64,000 nt of DNA, taken from contig JAXGYC010000008.1 in NCBI GenBank assembly GCA_040772485.1, forward strand, positions 544,001 to 608,000, written 5' to 3'. Under the pieces are notes generated by a model that was not told the DNA's origin, searched no databases, and worked only from the letters and a program-made list of their open reading frames with translations. Made by a program: the position numbers and the translations under genes. Shown one piece after another: positions 18,824 through 27,475 of the stretch; within the stretch, counting starts at the first letter, position 1; the number at the start of each line of letters is the position of its first letter. The stretch comes from Sedimentisphaerales bacterium (GTDB lineage: Bacteria > Planctomycetota > Phycisphaerae > Sedimentisphaerales > Anaerobacaceae).

Positions 18824-19605
18824 GCCTTGCGCTCCAGGTAACATCTCCAGATGGCGTCGAGCGCGGGGCTGGCCCGCATGGCCAGCCGGATGTCAACCAG
18901 ATGGGTTACGCGGCTGACGTCCGGGTTGATCTCGACGGTCGTCGCGCGCAACTGGGCGGCGAAACGAACCGGCTCGGCAATGTACGGAAAGACACTGCTC
19001 GTACCCACGGAGAAGACGATATCGAACCCCTTGTTCAGTTCGTTGAAGAGCTGCTGGACCTTGTCCTCGTCCAGCATCTCGCCGAACAGCACCACGTCGG
19101 GCCGCAGGATGGCGTTGCAGTCAGGGCATCGCGGCGGAAACGACAGTTCGCTGTAGTCGTCCACGGTGCGCCGATACGCGCAGCGCGTGCAGAGCAGGTG
19201 GTGCAGGTCTCCGTGGATGTCGATGATGTTGCGTGCTCCGGCGGCCTTGTGCAGCCCATCGACGTTCTGTGTCAGCACCCAAAGCCGCTCGAAATGGTCC
19301 TGCATCTCGGCGATCACCTGATGGCCCCGGTTAGGTCGGGCGCCGCGACAGTTCTTCTCGATCTGGCTGAGGTATTTCCAGGTCAGCTCCGGCCGCTCGT
19401 CCATGATCTCGCCGGAGAGGGCCCGCTCGATGGGCATGTCGTCCTCGGTCGTATTGACGTTGTAAAGCCCTCCGATGCCGCGATAGGTCGGCAGACCCGA
19501 GTCGGCGGAGATCCCCGCCCCCGTGATGAACAGCACGCTGCGGCTCCGCGCCAGCCTGGCCGCGATGCGTTCGATGGCCTCGTCGTTGTTGAGTATGGAT
19601 TCCAT
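18820..19605 (-). CDS. cobB: NAD-dependent protein deacylase (Sir2/CobB family)
   Basis: TGAGISADSGLPTYRG, TQNVDGLH, HG, two CxxC, LRPDVVLFGE, VGTS, EINP. Start ATG 19605. Confidence 0.93.
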   Translation of the reverse strand: MESILNNDEAIERIAARLARSRSVLFITGAGISADSGLPTYRGIGGLYNVNTTEDDMPIERALSGEIMDERPELTWKYLSQIEKNCRGARPNRGHQVIAEMQDHFERLWVLTQNVDGLHKAAGARNIIDIHGDLHHLLCTRCAYRRTVDDYSELSFPPRCPDCNAILRPDVVLFGEMLDEDKVQQLFNELNKGFDIVFSVGTSSVFPYIAEPVRFAAQLRATTVEINPDVSRVTHLVDIRLAMRASPALDAIWRCYLERKA

Positions 19606-19756
19606 GAGCTGCCAGAAACCGGGCATACGCGGCCCCGGCCGGGAGCGGCGGTATGCCACCAGCCATAGACTACCCCACCGGACGGCAATTGCAAGGCCGT
19701 TCCTGCACAGCGCGTTGGACCCGCTGGCGGGTGTGCAGAAACGTCCTGGCGTACGT

Positions 19757-19847
19757 GTGGCAGCGGCGAGCGAAGGCTTGCCGATGGTGATACGCATGCC
19801 GTCAAAGCCATCGGCAGACTCCGCCCTGCTCCGTTTGCCGCTGCCAC
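19757..19847. repeat. REP doublet, family A variant 2 (CGGC/GCCG stem)
   Basis: GTGGCAG-CGGC-hairpin-GCCG-ATGG at 19757-19787, inverted copy at 19808-19847. Confidence 0.82.
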
Positions 19848-19927
19848 ACACGGCTTTCTATGCTTGACACAGGCCTTGCCCTGAACTCGGTACAGATCCA
19901 GCGCCGCCAAACGGCGCGGAACGACGA

Positions 19928-19956
19928 TTGACAAGAGCGGGCCCGACCTGCATACT
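19928..19956 (+). promoter_or_regulatory. Sigma-70 promoter of the homocysteine operon
   Basis: TTGACA-17-CATACT. Confidence 0.6.
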
Positions 19957-20035
19957 CAAGGTTTCGCGCGGCGGGCCGGGCCACGAGAAGTGGGCCTCGG
20001 AGAAGGAGGAGGGCGTTCTCGGAACAGGATGGACA

Positions 20036-21226
20036 ATGAAGACCTATGAGCAGATCAACAAGCGGATCGGGTCGGGCAAAGCCGTGGTGCTGACGGCCGA
20101 CGAGATCATGGACTACGTGGACAAGAAGGGCCTCGAAGCGGCCGCAGAGGAAGTGGACGTGGTGACCACCGCGACGTTCGGCCCGATGTGCTCGTCGGGC
20201 TGCTTCCTGAACTTCGGACACTCCAAGCCGAAGATCCGGATGACCGAGGCCTGGATCGAAGACGTGCTGGTCTACACGGGCATTGCGGCGGTCGACGTCT
20301 ACCTCGGCGCCACGCAGTTGCGCCATGGCGATCCGGCGAACATGTACCCGCCGGGCGAGTTCCGCTATGGCGGCGGCCACGTGATCGAGGACCTTGTCGC
20401 CGGCAAGACCCTGCAACTGTTCGCCCTGTCCTACGGGACCGACGACTACCCGCGGCGCGAGATTCGCACCTACTTCACCATCGACGACCTGAACCAGGCC
20501 ATCATGGTCAACCCGCGCAACTGCTATCAGAACTACAACGTCGCGATCAACGATTCGGACCGGACGATCTATACGTACATGGGGACGCTGGAGCCGAATC
20601 GTAAGAACGCCACGTATTGTTCCGCCGGACAGTTGTCGCCGCTGCTGAACGATCCGTACTACGAGACGATCGGCATCGGGACCAAGGTCTGGCTGGCGGG
20701 CGCGCAGGGGCACGTCTACGCCGAAGGCACGCAGCACGCCGGTGCCTGCGAAAGAACGCCAGACGGTGTGCCCACCGAGGGAGCCGGAACGTTGGCGCTG
20801 ACGGGCGACATGAAACAGATGAAGCCCGAGTTTGTGCGGGGCGCGAGCCTGCGCGGCTACGGAATCTCGCTCGCCCTGGGTGTGGGCGTGCCCATACCCA
20901 TCCTCAACAAGCAGATTCTCAAGCGGACCTGTGTGCGCGATCGCGACATCTTCGCCCCGGTGATCGACTACAGCGGCGATTACCCGCAGAAGACAGGAAA
21001 GATCGTCGCGAAGGTCAGCTACGAGCAACTGCGCAGCGGCGAAATCGAACTCGACGGCAAGGCCGTCGCCGTCGGCTCCCTCTCGTCCTACTTCAAGGCC
21101 CTGGAGATCGCGAACCTGCTGGCCGACGAAATCCGCAAGGGCGATTTCCTGCTGGCCCAACCGATGGCCATGCTGCCCAGGGACAATGCGATGAAGCCTC
21201 TGGCAATACGGGAGAAGGCATCATGA
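20036..21226 (+). CDS. Homocysteine biosynthesis protein (L-aspartate semialdehyde sulfurtransferase, DUF39 / MA1821-MJ0100 family), without CBS domains
   Basis: KTYEQINKRI..GKAVVLTA, VDVVTTATFGPMCSSG, YGGGHVIEDL, NPRNCYQNYN, GQLSPLLNDP, GEGT-like EGTQH. Confidence 0.9.
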   Translation: MKTYEQINKRIGSGKAVVLTADEIMDYVDKKGLEAAAEEVDVVTTATFGPMCSSGCFLNFGHSKPKIRMTEAWIEDVLVYTGIAAVDVYLGATQLRHGDPANMYPPGEFRYGGGHVIEDLVAGKTLQLFALSYGTDDYPRREIRTYFTIDDLNQAIMVNPRNCYQNYNVAINDSDRTIYTYMGTLEPNRKNATYCSAGQLSPLLNDPYYETIGIGTKVWLAGAQGHVYAEGTQHAGACERTPDGVPTEGAGTLALTGDMKQMKPEFVRGASLRGYGISLALGVGVPIPILNKQILKRTCVRDRDIFAPVIDYSGDYPQKTGKIVAKVSYEQLRSGEIELDGKAVAVGSLSSYFKALEIANLLADEIRKGDFLLAQPMAMLPRDNAMKPLAIREKAS

Positions 21227-21642
21227 GCGAAACCGTGACCCAGAAACTGATGCTGTTCTTCCCCAAGTGTGAATGTGAGAAGCCGATCATTTACCATCTG
21301 GTGAAGGACTACAATCTCATCGTCAACGTGTATCGCGCCAAGGTGACGCCGGAAGAAGAGGGATACTTGGTGCTCGACGTGACCGGCACGCCGTCGGACA
21401 TCGAGAAGGGCATCGCGTTCGTCCGCACCTTCAACGTGACGGTCAACCATACCGGCAAGGGCGTCACGCGCGATGAAGATCGCTGCACGCATTGCGGCCA
21501 GTGCGTGGCCCACTGCCCGACGAAGGCGCTGCACATGCCGAACAAGGCGACGAGAGAGGTCCTCTATAACGAGGCCGAGTGTATCGAGTGCCTCGCCTGC
21601 ATCCGCGTCTGCCCGTTCGGCGCCTGCGCGTCGGCGTTCTGA
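21223..21642 (+). CDS. NIL domain-2x[4Fe-4S] ferredoxin (MA1822-like partner)
   Basis: KPIIYHLVKDYNL..N..A NIL pattern; CTHCGQCVAHCP and CIECLACIRVCP; ATGA overlap with the upstream gene. Confidence 0.9.
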   Translation: MSETVTQKLMLFFPKCECEKPIIYHLVKDYNLIVNVYRAKVTPEEEGYLVLDVTGTPSDIEKGIAFVRTFNVTVNHTGKGVTRDEDRCTHCGQCVAHCPTKALHMPNKATREVLYNEAECIECLACIRVCPFGACASAF

Positions 21643-21648
21643 CCCCAG

Positions 21649-21675
21649 AATAGGTCCAATAGGTCCTATCGGTCG
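21649..21675. repeat. Short degenerate 9-bp tandem repeat
   Basis: ATAGGTCCA ATAGGTCCT ATCGGTCGA. Confidence 0.55.
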
Positions 21676-21697
21676 AACACGACCTGTGGGTGCCGTC

Positions 21698-22390
21698 ATG
21701 ACCAAGCGAACCTATCGAACGTTCACTCACCACGAGGCGGTGCTGCGCATCTGCTGCGGCGCGTTCGACGCCGTTACCGAAGAGGTCGTGCGCCAGCGCC
21801 GGATTCTGGAGGACTACATCCGTCGGCATCCGGCGTTCGGCACATCGTTCGAGCCGGTCGAGCTGCTGCCCGATGCGCCCGAGGTCGCGCAGCGCATGGC
21901 GCGCGCGGCCCGGTCGGTGGGTGTCGGTCCGATGGCGGCCGTCGCGGGCGCGATGGCCGAGCTGGCCGCCCAGGCCGGTCTGAGAGCCGGCGCCGCCGAG
22001 GCGATCGTGGACAATGGCGGCGACGTCTTCGTGCGAGCGACCTCGCCTGTCGTCATCGGCCTGCACACGGGAACCGCCAAGCTGGCGGACCGATTAGCGT
22101 TCTCTCTGCGCCCGGAGGATACGCCGATCTCCATCTGCTCCTCGTCGGGCAGGATGGGTCACTCCACGAGCTTGGGCCAGTGCGACCTGGCCACCGTCGT
22201 CGCCCGCGACGGCGCCCTGGCCGACGCGGCCGCGACGCAGGCGGCCAACCTCGTGCGGACGGCCGGCGATGTAGACGCCGCACTCGAACGCATCATGGCC
22301 ATCGACGGCATCGACGGCCTGGTTGTCGTCAAGGACGACCGCATCGGCCTGGCCGGACACCTGCCCTCGGTGGTCAAAGCTCCACGGTAG
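21698..22390 (+). CDS. UPF0280 / ApbE-like protein (MA1715-like)
   Basis: GVGPMAAVAGA, VDNGGD, ICSSSG..GHS.SLG..D..TV, LADAAAT. Confidence 0.88.
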   Translation: MTKRTYRTFTHHEAVLRICCGAFDAVTEEVVRQRRILEDYIRRHPAFGTSFEPVELLPDAPEVAQRMARAARSVGVGPMAAVAGAMAELAAQAGLRAGAAEAIVDNGGDVFVRATSPVVIGLHTGTAKLADRLAFSLRPEDTPISICSSSGRMGHSTSLGQCDLATVVARDGALADAAATQAANLVRTAGDVDAALERIMAIDGIDGLVVVKDDRIGLAGHLPSVVKAPR

Positions 22391-22403
22391 TCTGCCCCCG
22401 CGC

Positions 22404-22454
22404 GTGGCAGCCTCAAACGTGCCAGCGTTTGGGGATGGGGGACTTGGCTGCCAC
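22404..22454. repeat. REP family A copy plus truncated inverted partner
   Basis: Full copy at 22404-22438; GGCTGCCAC remnant at 22446-22454. Confidence 0.82.
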
Positions 22455-22595
22455 ACCATCCATGCAATGGATGGGTGACATGCGGCGCTGCGCCTGGTAT
22501 GCTATGGCAGCACAGATCGGGCCGGCGCTGGGCCGCCAGACGACTGCCGGCGGAATCGTTTTGCGGATGGGTATCTTCAGTTGAGGGAAGACACG

Positions 22596-24713
22596 ATGGA
22601 TGCGAACGCACACGGAATCAGAACCACATCCTTTCCATTGCTGATCGGGTTGCTGGCACTCCTTGGGTCCGCCGGAGCCGGGCGGGCGGCGATCACCACC
22701 GGCTCGCTCTTCGAGGAAATGATCGACATGGCCGGCCTGTCGAGCTTCCCGGACCCGGCGTATCGCACCGTGCAGTTCTCCTCCACCGATCGTCGCAGCC
22801 GCCTGCCGGGCGGGCCGGACTGGTTCGCCAACTCCGACGGCTTCGGTGGCGAGCCGATTCCGAATTTCGAGAAGGTGCTCCGGGAGCCCAACGCCGACGG
22901 GATCGGTGAGTACCTGATTGCCGACGTCGCCGGGCCCGGCGCGATCGTGCGCCTGTGGACCGCCGCCATCGCCGGCCAGGTGCGGATGTATATCGACGGC
23001 ACCGCGGAGCCGATCTACGACGGCAGCGCGGATGAGTTCTTCCACCGTCCGTACGACCGCTTCGAGCAGTTCAAGGAGCTTGACGCCGAGACCTTCGGCC
23101 GGACCGTGTATCAGCGCGATGCCTCGTACGCAGCGATTCCGTTCGCCAGGCGCCTTCGCGTCGTGTGGACGGGCAATGTCAAGGAAATCCATTTCTACGA
23201 GCTTCAGGTGCGGCTGTACGATCCCGGCGCGTCGGTCGTGTCGTTCCGGCCGGAGGACATTCACACGTATCGCTCGACGATCGACCGCGTGACAAAGGCG
23301 CTCGACGACCCGGACGAGGGCGTGAAACCTCGCTCGCAGGCCGGCGCCAAGTCGTTTGACGTTGCCGTGGCGGCATCGGAGAAGAAGACCGTCACCGAGT
23401 TCGAAGGCTCGCAGGCAGTCGAGCAACTGACGATCAAGCTGAAGGCGGTCGATATGGACAAGGCCCTCCGGCAGACGGTCCTTCAAGTGACGTGCGACGG
23501 CCATCCCTGGCCACAAGTGCAATCCCCCGTAGGCGACTTCTTCGGCGCCGCGCCGGGCATCAATCCCTATCAGTCGCTGCCTTTCACCGTACGGCCGGAC
23601 GGGACGATGATCTGCCGATTCGCGATGCCCTTCGAGCGCTCGTGCAAGGTCGAGCTGGTCAACCACGGCGGTCAGAACGTCGAGGCCACCGGCGCGGTCA
23701 CCGTTGCGCCGCGAACCTGGGATGAGCGATCCATGCACTTTCGCGCGCGATGGCGCGTGGATCACGACCTGATCGCATCCAACCGCGACGTGCAGGACCT
23801 GCCTTTCCTGCTGGCGCACGGGCACGGCGTCTACGTGGGAACCAGCGCCTACCTGCTGAATCCCGCCGAGGTGCCCACGCCCTATGGCAACTGGTGGGGC
23901 GAGGGCGATGAAAAGGTGTTCGTGGACGGTGAGCCGCGGCCGTCGATCTTCGGAACGGGGTCCGAGGACTACTTCAACTACTCGTGGTCGTCGCCCGACA
24001 TCTTCCTGTATCCCTATTGTGGCCAGCCCCGCAACGACGGCCCGGGCAACCGGGGCTTCGTCACGAACTATCGCTGGCACATTCTCGATGCGATCCCGTT
24101 CCGTCAAAACATCCGGTTCTACATGGAGCTGTCCAGCCACGAACGGACGCCGGGCATGTCATACGCCCGCATCGGATATCACTATGCGCGTCCGGGCGTG
24201 ACCGACGACCATCTGGCGATCATGCCGGCGGACCTGCGGGCGCCCGAACTGCCTGTGGGCTGGCAGCCGGCGGCGCGGATGGGTGCGGCCAACTCGGTCT
24301 TCTTCACGAGCGAAGATTGCCTGACCGACAAACAGAACACACGCCTGGACAGCGGAGCGCTCTGGGCGGGCGGCAAGCTGCTGGTCTGGACCCCGAAGAG
24401 CAGCGGCGAGCGCAAGAGCTTCAAGATCGCCATTGACGACGCAGGCAAGAGACAGATCAACGTTGCGTTCGCCCTGACGCCGCGATCGGGAAAGGTCGCG
24501 TTCCATCTCGACGGTCAGCCGCTCAAACTGGCGGACCGGGCCGAGGAGATCGATCTGCATCGGCCCTATCGCACACTGCTGCGTCGCGTCGCACTGATGC
24601 CCGGCGAACTGACCGCGGGCGAGCACACCCTGACGCTCGAATGGAGGGGCGCCGGGGAAGATGTCATGCAGCCGGAGGTCGGAATCGACTTCTTCTGGGT
24701 CCAGCGGCAGTAG
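22596..24713 (+). CDS. Secreted DUF2961 / GH172-like glycoside hydrolase
   Basis: GPGAIVRLW, PVGDFFG, MPF, WWGEGDEK.FVDGE, FGTGSEDYF, YRWHILD.IPF. Confidence 0.85.
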   Translation: MDANAHGIRTTSFPLLIGLLALLGSAGAGRAAITTGSLFEEMIDMAGLSSFPDPAYRTVQFSSTDRRSRLPGGPDWFANSDGFGGEPIPNFEKVLREPNADGIGEYLIADVAGPGAIVRLWTAAIAGQVRMYIDGTAEPIYDGSADEFFHRPYDRFEQFKELDAETFGRTVYQRDASYAAIPFARRLRVVWTGNVKEIHFYELQVRLYDPGASVVSFRPEDIHTYRSTIDRVTKALDDPDEGVKPRSQAGAKSFDVAVAASEKKTVTEFEGSQAVEQLTIKLKAVDMDKALRQTVLQVTCDGHPWPQVQSPVGDFFGAAPGINPYQSLPFTVRPDGTMICRFAMPFERSCKVELVNHGGQNVEATGAVTVAPRTWDERSMHFRARWRVDHDLIASNRDVQDLPFLLAHGHGVYVGTSAYLLNPAEVPTPYGNWWGEGDEKVFVDGEPRPSIFGTGSEDYFNYSWSSPDIFLYPYCGQPRNDGPGNRGFVTNYRWHILDAIPFRQNIRFYMELSSHERTPGMSYARIGYHYARPGVTDDHLAIMPADLRAPELPVGWQPAARMGAANSVFFTSEDCLTDKQNTRLDSGALWAGGKLLVWTPKSSGERKSFKIAIDDAGKRQINVAFALTPRSGKVAFHLDGQPLKLADRAEEIDLHRPYRTLLRRVALMPGELTAGEHTLTLEWRGAGEDVMQPEVGIDFFWVQRQ

Positions 24714-24742
24714 CCCTCTTGGAAGAAAGGCCCGTGAAGACG

Positions 24743-25900
24743 ATGACAACACGACGGACACTCTTGAAAGCCGCCGCAGCCGCTGTCGCGATGGTCACAT
24801 CGGGTGGCAGCGGCAAGCAGAGCTTGCCGACGGTTTCCAGAAACACCCCATCCCCAAGTCCTGCGGACTTGAGGCTGCCACCTGTCGCCCCGCAACGGCG
24901 CCCCGTGCCGATGATCCACGCCACGGACCTGTTCCGCCCGCACTGCGACCCGGACGACCACTGGGACCTGGCCAGTGTCTTCGCGCTGGCCTACATGGGG
25001 CAGATCGACCTCAAAGGCGTTTTGATCGACTTCGAGCCGCAGCCTGCGAAAGACCACAATCCGGACGTGATGGCCGTTGCGCAGATGAACCACATCACGG
25101 GCCTGCACGTGCCCGTCTCCGTGGGCACGCCGCGGCCGATGCGCTCTCGCGATGACAGCCAACCCGATGCGAGCGCGAGCGACCATGTCGGCATCAATAT
25201 GGTCCTGGACATTCTGCGCCGCTCGCCCGAGCCGGTCGTCATCAACGTGATCGGCTCCTGTCGTGACATCGCCGTCGCGGGCAAGAAGGCGCCGCAACTC
25301 TTTGCGGAGAAATGCGCGGGCATCTATCTGAACGCCGGCACCGGCTCGCCGGACCGAGAGAAGGCCGCGAAGCTCGAATACAACGTCAGTCTGGCGCCGC
25401 TCAGCTACGCGGCGATCTTCGACCTGCCCTGTCCGATCTATTGGATGCCGTGTTTCGAGCAGATGCAATCAGGCCGGCCGATCATGGAGTACGGCACGCA
25501 CTACTCGTTTCGCCAGAGCGACATCCTGCCTCACCTGTCGAGCCGCGTGCAGAACTTCTTCCTGTGGATGCTCGCGAGAAAGACCGACCACAACTGGCTT
25601 CGCTCGCTTCTCGGACCCGTCGATCCGCAACTGCTCGATACCTTCGGCGCGCAGGATCGGCACATGTGGTGCACCGGCGGCTTTCTGCACGCGGCCGGAC
25701 AAAGCATCTTGGCCGACGCGACGAATCAGCCGGTGTTCTCGTTCGATCCGATCCGAGTGACGTGCTCCGACGAGGGTGTCACGGAGTGGACGCACGATTC
25801 GAAGGCTAAGGACCGCTGCATCTTTCACGTGCGCAACCTGGACCGCTATCAGGCTGCGATGACCGGGACCTTGAAGTCGCTCCTTCTGAAACTCCCATGA
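24743..25900 (+). CDS. Tat-signal nucleoside hydrolase-like protein
   Basis: TRRTLLK; IHATDLFRPHCDPDD resembles the IU-NH aspartate motif; NAG, EYNV. Start 24743 or 24734. Confidence 0.78.
   Translation: MTTRRTLLKAAAAAVAMVTSGGSGKQSLPTVSRNTPSPSPADLRLPPVAPQRRPVPMIHATDLFRPHCDPDDHWDLASVFALAYMGQIDLKGVLIDFEPQPAKDHNPDVMAVAQMNHITGLHVPVSVGTPRPMRSRDDSQPDASASDHVGINMVLDILRRSPEPVVINVIGSCRDIAVAGKKAPQLFAEKCAGIYLNAGTGSPDREKAAKLEYNVSLAPLSYAAIFDLPCPIYWMPCFEQMQSGRPIMEYGTHYSFRQSDILPHLSSRVQNFFLWMLARKTDHNWLRSLLGPVDPQLLDTFGAQDRHMWCTGGFLHAAGQSILADATNQPVFSFDPIRVTCSDEGVTEWTHDSKAKDRCIFHVRNLDRYQAAMTGTLKSLLLKLP
24804..24881. repeat. Complete family A REP doublet embedded in frame within the CDS
   Basis: Variant 2 forward (24804-24833) plus variant 1 reverse (24848-24881); 78 bp = 26 codons. 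Confidence 0.9.
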
Positions 25901-25927
25901 CGCTCGACACGATTCGTGGAGGTTCTC

Positions 25928-27463
25928 ATGGTCCGCACGCTGGCGTTTTCGATCCTGAGTACGGTCGCTATCACGACGGCGCAGGCTGGCGGTGCGTTGT
26001 TCGCACTCGATGCGGACGCATTTCGTCACCACGTCGATTTCTTCAACGGCATGGAGCCGGAGAACATTGTCAATCACATCCCCAACAGCCAGGCGTGGGC
26101 CTGGATGGTCCGCAACGTTCCGTTCTTCGAGTGCCCTGACAAGGGGTTCGAGCAGATCTACTATTTCCGCTGGTGGACGTTTCGCAAACATCTCAAACAG
26201 ACGCCGGACGGGTATGTCTTCACCGAGTTTCTCGACAAGGTCGGCCACGCCGGCAAGCACAACACGATCAGTTGCGCTCTGGGCCACCACATTCGCGAAG
26301 GGCGATGGCTGCGCGACGGGCGGTACATCGACGAGTACGCCCGGTTCTGGTACAAGGGCCACGAAGGCGATTTGCAGCCGCACTTCCATCAGTACAGCAA
26401 CTGGGCCACGTGGGCGTTGTACGAGCGGTACCTCGTTGATCTGGACAAGGCCTTTGTCGTGAGCCTGCTCGACGCCTTCGTCCGCGACTGCCAGGCGTGG
26501 GAGCAGCAGAGGGGTCTGGAGAACGGACTGTTCTGGCAATACGATGTGCGGGATGGGATGGAGGAATCGATCAGCGGATCACGCAGGGACAAGAACGCCA
26601 GACCTCCACTGAACAGCTACATGTACGCGAACATGGTCGCCGTCTCGAAGGTTGCGGCGCTGGCGGGCGATGACGCAACAGCCCGCCGATATGCCGAGAA
26701 AGCCGCCAAACTCAGGTCGGTCATCCACGAACTGCTGTGGGACAGTCAGGCGGAGTTCTTCAAGGTCCGCCATCCCGACGGCGTGCTGGCCGATGTGCGC
26801 GAAGAGATCGGGTTCATTCCGTGGTATTTCGATTTGCCCGAGCCGGGCTGCGAACGAGCGTGGCGGCAACTCACCGACCCTCAGGGGTTCAAGGCGCCGA
26901 TGGGGATCACCACCGCCGAGCGCAGGCATCCTGCGTTTCGCAGTCACGGCGTCGGAACGTGCGAGTGGGACGGCGCCGTCTGGCCCTATGCGACGAGCCA
27001 GACGCTCGTGGCTTTGGCCAACCTGCTGCGCCGCTACGAGCAGTCCTATGTCGCGAAGGCGGACTACTTCGATGCGCTGCTGACCTGCGCGCGGTCGCAT
27101 CAGTACCGAGGCAGGCCCTACATCGGCGAGTATCTCGACGAGGTCAACGGCACGTGGCTCAAGCCCGATTCGGACCGCAGCCGGTACTACAATCACTCGA
27201 CCTTCTGCGACCTGGTTATCAGCGGGCTGGTTGGGCTGGTTCCGCGAGAGGACGACACCGTCGAGGTTCATCCGTTGATCCCGCCGGATGCATGGGACTG
27301 GTTCTGCCTCGACGGGGTGCTGTACCACGGGCGAACGCTCACTATCCTCTGGGATCGAGCGGGCTCGAAGTACGGCAAAGGCGAAGGACTCCACGTTCTC
27401 GTCGACGGCCGCCAGATCGCAGCATCGCCCGAGCTTTCCCCCGTCACCGGCCAGCTACCCTGA
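25928..27463 (+). CDS. Secreted (alpha/alpha)6 glycoside hydrolase (MGH1/GH63-like domain)
   Basis: NVPFFECPD, YYFRWW, DGMEES, WDGAVWPYAT, YNHSTFCDLVISGL; GGAGG RBS. Confidence 0.8.
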   Translation: MVRTLAFSILSTVAITTAQAGGALFALDADAFRHHVDFFNGMEPENIVNHIPNSQAWAWMVRNVPFFECPDKGFEQIYYFRWWTFRKHLKQTPDGYVFTEFLDKVGHAGKHNTISCALGHHIREGRWLRDGRYIDEYARFWYKGHEGDLQPHFHQYSNWATWALYERYLVDLDKAFVVSLLDAFVRDCQAWEQQRGLENGLFWQYDVRDGMEESISGSRRDKNARPPLNSYMYANMVAVSKVAALAGDDATARRYAEKAAKLRSVIHELLWDSQAEFFKVRHPDGVLADVREEIGFIPWYFDLPEPGCERAWRQLTDPQGFKAPMGITTAERRHPAFRSHGVGTCEWDGAVWPYATSQTLVALANLLRRYEQSYVAKADYFDALLTCARSHQYRGRPYIGEYLDEVNGTWLKPDSDRSRYYNHSTFCDLVISGLVGLVPREDDTVEVHPLIPPDAWDWFCLDGVLYHGRTLTILWDRAGSKYGKGEGLHVLVDGRQIAASPELSPVTGQLP

Positions 27464-27475
27464 TTGCTACCTGCG

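Noticed and set aside
19957..20035. SAM riboswitch ahead of the homocysteine operon
   Set aside because: No SAM-I core (ATC..GAG...GCAACC...GTGC) and the leader is short
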